A DNA stretch of 63,593 nt, filler included, from Rhabdomonas costata (lineage: Eukaryota): the NCBI GenBank assembly GCA_019059605.1. It is 53 parts of 53 records of this genome, joined end to end, with 100 filler letters (N's around TTAATTAATTAA, not from the genome) between each part and the next. Parts side by side here need not be neighbours in the genome. Positions count along the whole stretch, not along the records: positions 24,041 to 25,142 come from JAHMHO010028502.1; positions 25,243 to 26,338 come from JAHMHO010028503.1; positions 26,439 to 27,539 come from JAHMHO010028504.1; positions 27,640 to 28,741 come from JAHMHO010028505.1; positions 28,842 to 29,943 come from JAHMHO010028506.1; positions 30,044 to 31,145 come from JAHMHO010028507.1; positions 31,246 to 32,344 come from JAHMHO010028508.1; positions 32,445 to 33,546 come from JAHMHO010028509.1; 45 more parts are not named here. One strand, given 5' to 3'. Made by a program: the position numbers and the translations under genes. A model generated the notes under the pieces. That model was not told where the DNA came from. It ran no database searches and was given only the letters and a program-made list of their open reading frames with translations. Shown in pieces: positions 24,567-37,331 of this stretch; within the stretch, counting starts at the first letter, position 1, and each line of letters begins with the position of its first letter.

Positions 24567-26636
24567 GTATGCTTGACACCAGAGAGGGCGGAGCCACTCT
24601 CACTCATTGCTCATCGGATCGATGCCTTACATTGCCCTCCTGGAAAACAGGGAGGCCCTTCTTGGTTCGCCGGGTTGAGCTGCATTGCTCGCGGTAGACT
24701 CGAACTCAAAAATACACTGCCCCTGACCCTAAACTGACCCAGAATGTGAATGTGGTACATCCAGAACACTTGCCAACCGAACTCGAAGCATAAAATTTTC
24801 TTTCACAGCCTTTATTAGCCCTCCACATTCTGGACACTCTGCTTAGCGGGTGCACCTGCGCTTCACATTTGTGCACAGCGAAGACCCCCCCCAAAAAAAA
24901 AGAGTGCCAGTGTCTCTTTTTGTTTTTGCGCAAGATCACGTAAAAGTGAAGTCTTTCAGGAATCCTATTCGCCACATTCTTGTATCTACCATGATTTTTC
25001 AGTGCTGCGCCACACTGCCCGTGACCCTGTAACGATGCAATCACCGCATGATGGCACACTCACTTTGGTTTCCATTCTGGGACCACACTATATTCTGGAC
25101 GTCAGGGAAGAGGAATCGAGTCCGTACCTCCGCAACCCCACANNNNNNNNNNNNNNNNNNNNNNNNNNNNNNNNNNNNNNNNNNNNTTAATTAATTAANN
25201 NNNNNNNNNNNNNNNNNNNNNNNNNNNNNNNNNNNNNNNNNNGGTTGTTGGGAAGTGTGTGGCGAGTTTGGTGGTTGGTTGAGTTGTATCACTTTGCATA
25301 TCAATCATATCCATTCTTGAAACCTGCACAACAGAAGCACCTCATTGTCGTGCATACGACAGTTTCTGTCCCCGGTCCCTGCACACTAACTATACAGGTG
25401 GTCACCCAGCTGTCCCGCCCAGTCCAACCTCCCTTTCCCCTCAACGTCACCGCCTGATGGCAGGAGGTCCAAAAGCTCACTGTCTCGCCATCACCGCCGC
25501 TTCCTCACGGCCCTGTGGTCGCTGTTCCAAGGGAGAAGAGACTAATTTGCTGAGAGCAAGAAGAGGCAGCAACACAACCATAGAGTGATGTGCTGGCACA
25601 GTAACCCCTGCAGATACTGTTGGTACAAATTCATATATCCGAAGGAAACCTCAATCAACAAGAGGGTCCAGGCACCTGAAGAAGGAGGACACATCCTGAA
25701 CAGAAAAGGAGGATAAACGCAACAAAGGACCAGGACCCGTGAGGCAGAAGGGAGGTTGCCGCATGTGGAACTCTCGCGAACAGTCAATCAGCCAACGCGC
25801 TGCGCACCCAACACACACATACACACACACACACACACACTGAAATGTGGCTTTTAACGCAACGCAAGCGAATCCCGATATTTGGCGCTGTTCTCTGCTA
25901 AACGCACATGACCCTTCGAAGAAAAGTAGTGGATCCCCAACTTGCTTTTCGATTTTCGCTCGCTTTTGGCCCTTTGCCGGCTTGCCACAGGCTGCCCGCC
26001 CTCAACGGGCCTCACGCTCCACTGCAGGACGGTGTGCGGGCACTACTGCTGATGCGGCGCCGGGCGGCGGGCATGGGGATCAACCCCAACCGAATCGGAA
26101 TTGTCGGGTGAGTTGGACTGGGTTGGGATATGACAAATTGAGATTTTTGAGTTTCCCTCGACCCCTAAAATCGCTAATCTGCTGAAACCCCTCGCGCTGT
26201 TCAAAACCAATCGCGACCTCTCGAGCCCTCTTAAATCCCAGGGAAACGCGAGTCATGAATAGTGAACACTTCTCTCGGCGTGACTACGCACTGAATTGCA
26301 ATAGAGGGTGGGAGGGGGATGAACCAGGCCCACACCCCNNNNNNNNNNNNNNNNNNNNNNNNNNNNNNNNNNNNNNNNNNNNTTAATTAATTAANNNNNN
26401 NNNNNNNNNNNNNNNNNNNNNNNNNNNNNNNNNNNNNNTTTTTTTGTGATTTGGCCACAAAAACAAGGCTTTGGATGCCATTTTGGGGCAGCAGCGCCCC
26501 AGTTGTGCCAACATCTGATATCAGCGTCTTGATATTGTCCGCTTTTTTTGTGTCCTCCGCCATACGTATTCCAGATTTCTACTCATTCTTGCTGCTGTTT
26601 GTGGTTTATCCACCAGGTCCGGCGTTTTTCTTTCAG

Positions 26637-26776
26637 GAATGGTGAGCCTGTACAAGGTGGAGGCCCCGGCTTCGTTGCTGAATCTCCCCGGGGATGAGGA
26701 CTCCCTGCTGTACATCCGATGGCTGCGCAGCAACTACTTCAACGGCTTCGACCTCATTGACGGAGAAAACTCCCTG
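26637..26776 (+). CDS. Hypothetical protein exon
   Basis: Polypyrimidine-CAG acceptor and GT donor around MVSLYKVEAPASLLNLPGDEDSLLYIRWLRSNYFNGFDLIDGENSL. Confidence 0.45.
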
Positions 26777-27329
26777 GTCGGTGCTTTGCCCTCCTTTCCC
26801 GTTGTTTGACGGGCCATTGGACCCGAGCATCCCTTCCGGCCACACTGTAGTGAATCATTCGCCCCCGCTGTGCTTTGAAAGTACCAATGAATGGCGCTCC
26901 GGTGTTTCGCTCAGGCCGGCTGAATTCGCCTTAGCAATTAGCGGCGCTGGCCTTCGCGCGAAAATAATGTGTCACAGGGGTTAGAAGATAACTCGTCGTA
27001 GAGGGGTTCTGCAAGCAGCTAACGCTATGAGCAGCCAACGCTATTCTATCAGCAGCAAACGCTGCTCACAGCTGAAGAGCGCTGCAACGCAAAAATGATC
27101 AGCGGTGTAAACGTAGCTCGCTTCCCCTCGCCTGTCGCCCCTTACCCTCCAAGGTCAATCTCTACTGTTCCTGTGCGCCTTTATGTCCCCTGGAATTGCA
27201 ACTGAAGGAGAAGGAGGGCTAGGAGGCGGGTTCCCGGTCGGAATGCGTACGGGAGGCTCAACTACTGTTAGTACCGTTTGAAATGTGGTGCGTAGATAAC
27301 CCTACTTGAGTTTTAAGGTTCGCATGAGA

Positions 27330-27539
27330 AGTCCTCGGCACGGAATCAGAGCTTGGGCGCAGTATGCTCGCGCTGATGAAGTTGCGCTGTTTGTGGATTT
27401 TTCTAATGCCTGCAACTCCCTCGACCGCCAGCGCATGTTGGACGCAATCGCGACCTTTGCGCCACGCTTCTGGAAGTATGCATGGTACTGCTACGGGGCC
27501 CCCTGCCCACTGATAGGTCGAGGCTTCACGCTTGAGTCT
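27330..27539 (+). mobile_element. Reverse-transcriptase fragment of a CRE/SLACS-like non-LTR retrotransposon (5'-truncated)
   Basis: HGIRAW...ALFVDFSNACNSLDRQRMLDAI...APRFWKYAWYCYGAPCPL matches the RT pattern DFxNAFNSxxR...YGxPSxL. It is intronless. Confidence 0.75.
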
Positions 27540-27668
27540 NNNNNNNNNNNNNNNNNNNNNNNNNNNNNNNNNNNNNNNNNNNNTTAATTAATTAANNNNN
27601 NNNNNNNNNNNNNNNNNNNNNNNNNNNNNNNNNNNNNNNCTGGTGTTGTGGTTCGTGCACATGCTCAG

Positions 27669-28325
27669 CCTTGAGGTGGAAGGAGAGGCTGGCGAGACGT
27701 TGGAGAGGCTGCTGAAGGCCGCGGCCTTTTTGGAGTTTCCTCGGCTGCAGCGCTTCTGTGAGCTGGCCCTTTCTCAGGTCTTTTCAGGGAATCCGCAAAA
27801 GGGCCGTCTGCCTTCCCCGCTTCCCCCAAGCCCCTGTCTGGAGACCACCCTTCCCTCCAGCTCCAGCTCATCTTTTCGCGTTCGATGGGCAGACTCTTCC
27901 GAGGGTGTGGCAGATGAAGGGGCGTTTGGCCGCCGCTTGGAGAGTGTGCGGGTGCGGTCTGCCGAGGCCTTGGGGAGCCCTTTGGAAGTCGACGCTGCAT
28001 CCGGGGCCCTGCGCTCTCGCCATGCGTCGTTTGCGGCTTCCACCACGACGGCGTTGCCGCTGGTAGTGGGGCGGTGGAGGGACTACCAGCCCAGCACCTG
28101 TGCGGGGGCGCTTGCAGTGGAGGAGGGGCAGGACGGCGCCCCGGTAGAGGAGGAGAGTTCTGAACGGTTCTACGCAAGACTAGCCAACGAGTGGAGCACA
28201 GTGGTGGTGTCCCAGGCCCCGAGAATGATGAGGTTGATCGCAACCCAAGCCATTCCAACTCCGCTGCGAGGCCGTCTATGGCCCTTGCTGGCAATCGACG
28301 GTCCGGCGTGGGAGCGCCGCTTGCG
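27669..28325 (+). CDS. Large exon: BTB/BACK-like helix followed by the start of a Rab-GAP TBC domain
   Basis: LLKAAAFLEFPRLQRFCELAL (end of BTB) and RLIATQAIPTPLRGRLWPLLA (TBC motif IPxxLRxxxW). Confidence 0.65.
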
Positions 28326-28678
28326 GTTTGTGATGGCGTGTGGGAAAAGGGAACCATGGGGGAATGAGAACTTGAATGCCTGATGTTTGCACGTGGACCT
28401 TGTTGCGCCACAATGCTGTTATGCCAAAAGTATCTGAACGCTTGTCACCGCCGGATTTATCGCTTTGACTATTTTGCGCCGGTTTTCATTTTGTTTTCGT
28501 ATCGCTTTTTTTTTCATATTGTGACTGGAGATATCGCTTTCGCGGATGATTGGAGGACGGGCATTGCGGTGAAATTGAGTGAGTGGAATGGAGAAGAGTG
28601 ACTCAGTCCTGGGGTGACTTTTGAGGGGGGGAAGCTCCGGATGGGTGTGTAGTAGGTCTAGGCGTAGGGTATGGTTGG

Positions 28679-28741
28679 TGCGTAGTCTGTAGCGTAGGTG
28701 TTGTTGGTGCTTCTGACAACACCTACGCAACAGACTACGCA
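28679..28741. repeat. Imperfect terminal hairpin
   Basis: TGCGTAGTCTGTAGCGTAGGTGTTGT pairs with ACAACACCTACGCAACAGACTACGCA at the contig end. Confidence 0.75.
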
Positions 28742-31700
28742 NNNNNNNNNNNNNNNNNNNNNNNNNNNNNNNNNNNNNNNNNNNNTTAATTAATTAANNN
28801 NNNNNNNNNNNNNNNNNNNNNNNNNNNNNNNNNNNNNNNNNCGGAAGAACCTCGGAAGGCTGCAAAAGAGAATTAGGGACGGGGTGGCGGTCTCCTTGGG
28901 TCCACTGAAATTATTATTAGCAAGCCAGCCATCACCCAGAGATTTTGAGCACGGACTCGACTCGGCAGGAAATCCTCCATATATGGTCGACAAGGCCAAG
29001 TTGTGAACTTGAGAACGACAAGAAAAACAAGTGAATGCAAAAACTTGAAGATGCCATGAACTCTCACGTTGCTTATCAGAGGAGGAGGTGTCATGGTTGG
29101 CTGCCATGCCTTCACGAATGTAATGAAGGAAACCCTCCTGTGAGGGCTATCAGTGCGACAGATTTGCAAAGGAGGAGGGCGCAAACCGCAACACAGCAAC
29201 AACAAGATTGTACAGAGTCAGAGTCAGTCAAGCATGGCAGGGAGAGAACATTTCAAAAGAAGGGTATGCGAAAAGAAAAGAAAAAAAAGTAAAGTCAGCC
29301 GTTGCACAAATTACTGTGCCCCACTCAATACAAAAAGGAGAAAAAAGTTCGCATTGAAAATGAAAAAACCACAAAAACGAGGCCTTGCTACCACCGGCCT
29401 CCGTGGCAAGGAAGAGCAAGTATGGAGGATGGGTCCTCTCTAGAAACGTCACACCAAAATCCCAAAATGTTGCCCTCAACGGGTCTTCAGCAGGTCACTC
29501 TGCCACGTATTCCGCGGCTCCCCACCCCAACCCCGATGACGTTCACATGAACAAACTGCCCAAGCAGTTGAGGGGCTTTCGCCCCACGCTGTGGAATAGA
29601 AATCGCATCCTTGAAAGAAACAATGAAATGTGGAAGGAACAATCGGTTCACCCGAAGCCCAAAGCCCAAAGCCAAAATATTTCCCGAGGAACACACAAAG
29701 CGAAAAAACACCGCATTTCCGAGAAAAAAATAAAGCCGGGTCATCTAGAACGCAAGGACAGGGCAAACTACCAAACGACTTGGGAACGTGCAAAAGAAGA
29801 TGACCGAAAAAAAATTCAGGTCGCCGTGAAAGGTGAAGCGAATGGAAAAGGGGAAAGGGAAAAGGGCAAAGTCAATGTTTGATGACTTCGTGCAAGCCAC
29901 TAAAGGACAACCGACGGAAGCATCAGTTTTTCGAAAACCCACCNNNNNNNNNNNNNNNNNNNNNNNNNNNNNNNNNNNNNNNNNNNNTTAATTAATTAAN
30001 NNNNNNNNNNNNNNNNNNNNNNNNNNNNNNNNNNNNNNNNNNNTTCATCCCCGCGTTTTGGTGAACTTCAACTTTCTTGGTTGCTCTGCCCCTATTTTGT
30101 GTGTCGTGGCAACAAACCTTTGGACTCCTTTGTGTTTTGTGTGTTATTGGTGGACCTCTGCAGCTGGTAATGCACACCTCCTAACCTCCTGGGGCAAAAC
30201 TGCATGCACAACAAGTGCGCGCCACGTCCCCGTTTGCTGGCACCGAAGGGCTGTAAGAGGACCGAAACACTTCCTTTTCCGATTGACCATAACCACAGCT
30301 CTGATGGAACTCCAGTCACAGCTGTCGCTCCTCATCGCATTTTGCCGGTAATGCTGTAACCTCTGCAAAGCGACAGTGTCTGAAGGGAACGGGAAATAAA
30401 AGAATGTTGTTATTCTGAGATCACCTTATCCTTCTCTTTCTCCTGTCCCCCCCCCCCTCGCAGCCTTCCGCTTTTCTTCTTTTCATTTTTTCCTTTCTTC
30501 CTGTGGTGAGGAAGACAGGGCTGTGGTGGCTCAGCTCTCTGCCCGGGGGTTGGCCAAGCTGAACCGCGATCTTCTACGCGGGGCCTCCCTCGATAGGTCT
30601 TTTTTCCGCACACCCTCACCTCACTTCCTTCGAGGACTACCGCACCTATGTAGTCTCGCAGTGGACTAACCTGTGCTTATGATTTTGAAGAGACGAGAGA
30701 CTATTTTTTGGTGAATGAGTGGTGCAAGAGAACGAGCCCTAAACTTAAGTGCTCATGGGCCTTTATGCTCCTTGACTTGTTGGGCCTTTGGTTCGGACAG
30801 CTTCGCCGCGTGCATCTCGTGCATTCCTTTCACGTCGTTTCCCTAGCCTTCCGCCGACTACCAGCCCTGGGAGGGAATGGCATCATCATGCATGACGCTA
30901 ACTCACGGTGACCAGGGCGTCCAATGGGATCTAGAAATGGAAAAAATGATGCTTTGGATGGTACTGAACCATCCCTTCAGCGGATGCTGAGGGGGGATCC
31001 TTGTTGGGTTCTGGGTTTTCTATTGACCATCCCTTCCTTCGCAGTTGGCAGACATTCACCATTAGCAACGTTACAAATGCATTCGATCGCAGTCAATGCC
31101 ACACACGCACATCCGTACGTACAGACACATCCGCACCCCACCCCCNNNNNNNNNNNNNNNNNNNNNNNNNNNNNNNNNNNNNNNNNNNNTTAATTAATTA
31201 ANNNNNNNNNNNNNNNNNNNNNNNNNNNNNNNNNNNNNNNNNNNNTTGTGTTTGTGTTTGAATTATACACTTTCCAGCTCTATTTCGGTTACCTTTTTAC
31301 ACATTCGAGTCTGTTAAACGCCTTTTTAAATTAAAAGTTGTCCCATTTTTCGTGAGAGTCATTTTCGGAACTGCCGATTTTGTCCTTTGCTTTCGTTGTC
31401 GTTTTGAGCAAGCGGTTGTGAACCGCCTTGGGTATCTCAGGGTCCCGAGCCCGCACAGCAAAAAAGGAGGGTCCCTGGCAAATGGCTCTTCGCCGCCCAT
31501 TTGACAGTAAATCACTGCTTTGCCACCTCCTGTCCGCGCTCAGGGTGTCCTGTTGTGGCTGACTTGGGATTTTTGAGTGACGGGCTGTTTCTTCGCCGTC
31601 TCGTGGCTGACAAGTGACCAGGCACAGTGGCCGAAAGAGAGCGGAGAATGGCTTTTGCCTTGGGAAAGGCTTTTGCCAGGTGGTGCGGGCTCGGTTGCCC

Positions 31701-34700
31701 GAGAAATTGCAAATGAGCAACCGAGCAGCGCTCATCCGCTCATCCGTCTTTTCCAGCTTCAAAAACGGGCCGAGAGGGGTTCAGGCCTCTCGTGAACTGC
31801 TGGATGGAAGGGTCAACCTGCATCGGTGCATGCCTGTGGTTGTCCTCCACCTTCCCAACCTTCCACTTTGCCCTATGGTGCCCCAGACTCCCTGGTTGAG
31901 CCGCCGCTTGTGGAAGGAAGGACTGCAGCCCGTGAACCCAAAAACTTCTTGTGTTACGGGGCAGAGGTTTTGTCCAACAACAGGTCCTCGGGGCAGCGTG
32001 CTTCTCTGCGCACTTCAACGCTGGAGTCCTGAAGTGCGAAGAAGAACAAACCGAGGCCGTCGCCGGCCTGGAAAAGTCAGCAAGTGCTCATCAAACCAGT
32101 CTGCTTCGCAAGAACGGAACGGGCAAAGGCAAACAGCAAGAATCCATAACAGAAGTGGGGGGGGGATTCACAATCGTGTGGGCTGCGGAAACACAAGGCA
32201 AACCGAAATCAGAAGAAAAAACAGAAATGGCAGTAAGATGCTGAAAGGCCAAAACTGGCGTGCACCCTACAAGACGAAACTCTCATAGGAGCATACCCAA
32301 CGCTCCCACGGGCGCAAGAAAACCTGGAAAACTCCACAAAACACNNNNNNNNNNNNNNNNNNNNNNNNNNNNNNNNNNNNNNNNNNNNTTAATTAATTAA
32401 NNNNNNNNNNNNNNNNNNNNNNNNNNNNNNNNNNNNNNNNNNNNGGGTTGTGATTCTACGAAAAAAACCAAAAGCAACGGCACAGTTAAAGGTGCAGCCA
32501 AAGAACAGGTGGCGTAGAGTCCAAAAAAGAAACCAAGCCGAGGTGAACCCAAGGAACGGGAATGATAGTGAAGTGCGCAATGGTACCGCTTGCACCCCTT
32601 TAATGAGTACAACAGATTCCAGTCACCAAAGAGGCACTGACTTGCGCCAGCCCTCTTCCATCTCCCTACTGAAAACACAAATTGAAGCTGAAAGGCACAG
32701 GGCAAAACAGCGGAGAAAGCAAATCACCGCTGACAGCCAGCCGTCTCTGCGGTTAAATTGTTACATTTATCAACACTGCCAAAAGGGTCACACCTGACAG
32801 CGAGAAGGCGCAGCCAAAGAATGCAATGTCATGCCCGGCGAAGGTCCGCGGCCCAGGCCGCCTTCGGACCTCCTCCACGGGAAGTCAGAGGGGAAACCCC
32901 ACACACACCAGCGCGAAACACCTGTCTTGAACCTAGGCAGGCCAGCGGGAGTGGCCACAGGGCGTTTGGAAGCTCCAGCACAGCGCCTTTCCTCGAGAGA
33001 CGTCATTGCCGCGAAAAAAGGGCGAGCAAACCGTGCACAAGTCAGTTCGTTGCGCTGTCGGAGGAGAAAAGCGTATCGCACAAGAAGCTAAATTTACGGT
33101 CTCGGCGATAAACGACGGATAGGAAAAACAGCAAACGATTGCTCGTCTCGGCTCGGCTGCCGTTTCAAGGGAAAGCAAAAAGAGTTGGTGCGAAACACAT
33201 CAACTGCACCCCCTCAAAACAAAGAGACTAAATGACTTCGAAAAGAAGCCTGGTATTTGTGTTTTTTGTTGATTATGTAGCCCGAATCAGGTTTTCCCCC
33301 TGGATGGGGCTGTCGTCAAGAAAAGCAGACGAGGGTAAAAAGGGTGTCTGCAGTCCAAAGACACCAACATTCAGCCCCTATCCATCTCCTTCGGTTACCC
33401 CCCCACACACACAATCTTTGGCTAACTTTACTATGAATACCTTTCATTTCTCTAACCCACAAACAGATCTCTAGAAGCGCCAATCGGGGTTCCTAAGGCC
33501 CCGCCTACACTGTGGATCAGGGATCATATGTAAGACAACCCAACAANNNNNNNNNNNNNNNNNNNNNNNNNNNNNNNNNNNNNNNNNNNNTTAATTAATT
33601 AANNNNNNNNNNNNNNNNNNNNNNNNNNNNNNNNNNNNNNNNNNNNTGTTTTTGGGGGGACCCTCCCAATATGTGGGAGCGGAGTGTACAATGGTGCGGG
33701 TGTGGGGCTGTGCCAGCCAGCCAGATACTAGACAGGATGACTTGCCCAAGATCCTAGGTATTCACCGCTGGGCTAATTATTCACTTTTTTTTTTGGTTTA
33801 ACGTATATCTCCACGGCATACCCGCATAAACGGAGTGCGGCACACAGCAGAGGGTTTTTGGGTTTTGATTTTTTGGGTTTTAACTAGCACCATTGGCACC
33901 TGGGAACCCAGTACCCCCTCACCCGACATACAAACCACTTAACGAGATCCCAATGCAGAAAAATGGTCGTTGTGGTGGGGGTTGAGGGACGACGCATCAA
34001 CACCTGTGGGGTCGTCGATGACGGAATCCAGAATCTCCTCGACACTGGGAAGGCCCGTGTATGACACCTGCTGCTGAGGCTGCACACCACGCGGAGAAGC
34101 AAGGTGGGGGCTTCCCGCCCCATACGCCCTTTCCGCAGCAGAGGAGGAGACCGCCGTGGGGGCGAACGCCGCCGTGGGCCCGGCTTCGACCAGAGAATTG
34201 CAAATGTCCTGTTGCGTGCCGAAAGGGCGAGAGGTCAATTCAGAGGAAAGAAATAACACATCCACGAGATGGAGATGATGGAGATTAGGGAATCGTACGG
34301 GTGCGGGGGGACAAAGTGCAACTTAGGACCCCGCTCCTGCCATTTTGTCTTGAGGGAGAGTGAGGGAAGGTGAAACATTGGGAGCATAAAGCCGCACAAC
34401 CTCGCCACATCGAAATAACATCCAATGTTCAGAATTCCTCCTCCGAAGGACCCACCACCATTACAAGCGGAGAGTCTTTAGTGGTCAACCACTGCCTTGC
34501 GTACTATAGGGTACGCCCTTTGGTTGTTCGAGTCTGGCCACTTCCTCCCATAGTGCAGCACCAAATCCGGGCGTGATAAAGTAGCAGTGTCCCACGCACT
34601 CTCCTCGACCCAATCCAACCCAACCAATGCACTTAGCCAAAAAAACACATACCCGTCACCGGTTAGCGTATACCGCTTACAGCCCTACACAGGCATAGCA

Positions 34701-35257
34701 CTGATGATGGGTCACACCTCCACGTCCTGGTCCGTCAGCACACACCCCNNNNNNNNNNNNNNNNNNNNNNNNNNNNNNNNNNNNNNNNNNNNTTAATTAA
34801 TTAANNNNNNNNNNNNNNNNNNNNNNNNNNNNNNNNNNNNNNNNNNNNGGGTTGTGGTGTTCAGGGATGCTGTAAGAGGGAATGGGGGCGCCGGCAGTTT
34901 TTTTTTGGCGGCGCTGAAACCGTTAATGGTGACAACCATGTCCTTTATCAGGACAATATTACAGCGACATGGGCACCCAGAGTGCCTTTATTCGATTGTA
35001 GTCCGATTTTTGTTCGATTGTATTCGGCTATGTTTTAGAGTTTATCAAGTGATTTTTTATCGGATTTCAAAGAAAACGGTGTGTGTGTGGGGGGGGGGGG
35101 GTTGAGAAAAACGGTTTATGAATTCTGTGTGTTGCGCCCTGCGTGCAAGACGTAAGTATTGCTAAATTTTGTTTTCGCGAAGTCTTGTGGCTGGGTGACT
35201 GTGGACTTGTGGGTACCTGTGGGGGTCTTTCCAGTTATCTTCTTTTTTCCGGTGCAG

Positions 35258-35904
35258 CTATTCAGTTCGTCCTCAGCGAAAAATACTCCAGCCTGCGTTC
35301 CGAGGAGCGTCGAGAAATGCTTCACGTATGAATGCTTGCCCTCACTGGACGGGTTTCCTTCGGGCGCAGAGTGAGTGGCAGTTTTTCTTCCGAGGTGTGT
35401 TTGCTTTGCTTTCTAGGAAGGTGCGGGACGCGCCGCGATGTCGGCATTTGTGGAGATCGTCTTCGACAACAGTGACCGCAGACTGATGGTGCCTATTTCT
35501 TCCCTCACAACTAGCCTTTTTCCGATTGGGTGGTGAACACAGGACCTCCACGCAGTCATTTCATTGCACTTGTTGTGCTCCTTTCTCTCTTTTGACATGG
35601 CACCTGCTGACCTTCTTCTAAGGTGGATTGGGGAAATGAGGATGAGATCCGCATTCGCAGGACCATTGGGCTGAAGAAGGATGAGTTTCGCGTGAACAAC
35701 AAGACTCACTCGTATGGCGGAAAGAGTAACCAAGGGAGAAAAAAGCTTGTTTCCTTTACTTTGACTCTTGTCGCACTTGTGAGGAGTGAAAGGTTCTGTA
35801 CTCTTACATTCGCTTACTCTTACAGGGCCAAAGAAGTTCAACAGCTTTTGGAAACGGCGGGGTTCTCGAGCTCAAACCCTTACTACATCGTTCAGCAGGG
35901 CAAG
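35258..35904 (+). CDS. SMC3: Cohesin subunit SMC3, N-terminal head fragment (exons 35258-35325, 35417-35488, 35623-35711, 35826-35904)
   Basis: Four in-phase GT-AG exons give IQFVLSEKYSSLRSEERREMLH|EGAGRAAMSAFVEIVFDNSDRRLM|...IRRTIGLKKDEF...|...LLETAGFSSSNPYYIVQQGK. Confidence 0.96.
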
Positions 35905-36050
35905 GTCTGCCATTCTTTCCTTCTCAAAAAACCCAAACTCTCCCAACACANNNNNNNNNNNNNNNNNNNNNNNNNNNNNNNNNNNNNNNNNNNNTTAATT
36001 AATTAANNNNNNNNNNNNNNNNNNNNNNNNNNNNNNNNNNNNNNNNNNNN

Positions 36051-36201
36051 GGGTTGTGGGCAGGACGGTATCCATGGAGTCCGACAACTCTCTGCGCTCA
36101 TGTGCGCTGAGGTTCCGGAAGAGTTCGAAGGGAAGCTTCCCTGTGGTTGCCCGCGGTGGGGGCGGCAGGTGATCACCTGAGCAAGAGGCTGCGCAGCCCA
36201 T
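36051..36201 (-). CDS. N-terminus of a dually acylated protein leading into a cNMP-binding domain (PKG/PKA-R-like)
   Basis: MGCAASC (myristoyl/palmitoyl-type start) followed by LFRNLSAHERRELSDSM. Confidence 0.55.
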
Positions 36202-37257
36202 TCTCAAGAGTTTCACCCGCTCAGACAAAAGCGCCGCGCTGGTCATACCGAAACAACGGATGGGGGGGGCAGCAGTGGTTTTCAAGTAGTTGCTATGCAA
36301 CTACGCTACGCCACCCAAAAGCGACGTCGCTGCCTAAGCAGCGCTCTCCGAACACGTGTTCGTATTCTGAACTTAACCTATCTCGCTCGTTCGCCTAAGC
36401 CCATCAACAGTGAGGTTCTTAGTTAGTAAAAACAAATGGGTGTTAAATTACCGACCCCCTCCTCCCACAAGAAAAAGCCAAAAATAACTCAACCAGTGGG
36501 TTCCGAAACGTTCCACCGCGTTCCTCAACCCTGTTACCCTATTACCACCACCGCCCCACTTGAACAAATTCATTGAGCCATGAAAGCGTGTGAAAGCACG
36601 TGGGGCTTCCAATCGAAGCTGCTGCAAATTTAGTACTCGCTGCTCACCAATGCAACCCCAGCGCTCAAAGCAGGGATACTGCAGCAGGTATTCAGTATTA
36701 TTATTATTTAATAGCGGGGATTTCTACAAGCTGTCTGAAGGATGTCTGAAGGAAACCCGCTTCCCAAGAATCCTCAACGAGAAGCATCGAACGAGCTCAC
36801 CGGCCAGAAATGCCAGGTGCAACCCCTGTGCAAAGCATAGGGGGCGTGGCCACCCCATCCTACGGTGCCACGGTGCCACCCCTTGACCAAAATTCAAAAA
36901 GCCAAAGCCCCACAGCACAACCAAACCAACCCGCAAAAACACCTCTTCATCAGAGCATCAAGGGATCTCCACCATGGAAGCAGGGCAACACCTCTCTATA
37001 AGCCGCCGGTGAGAGCAGTGCAGAAGAGATACTAAGGAAGGGAGGAGGCAAACCAACAGCAAGGAAAAGAGAGGTGTCTCAGCCTCATTTAGGGCGCGAC
37101 TAGGGGCCTTCCCCCGCGGCCCCGCCCGCCGGGAGGAGAGTGCCCGGCGGGNNNNNNNNNNNNNNNNNNNNNNNNNNNNNNNNNNNNNNNNNNNNTTAAT
37201 TAATTAANNNNNNNNNNNNNNNNNNNNNNNNNNNNNNNNNNNNNNNNNNNNGGGTTG

Positions 37258-37331
37258 GTGGACGCCTCATTTCTTGAATTTTACAATATATGAGTGCAAA
37301 CACTGTAAAATTCAAGAAATGAGGCGTCCAC
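37258..37331. repeat. Perfect 28-bp hairpin, 18-nt loop, at the contig start
   Basis: 37258-37285 is the reverse complement of 37304-37331. Confidence 0.9.
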
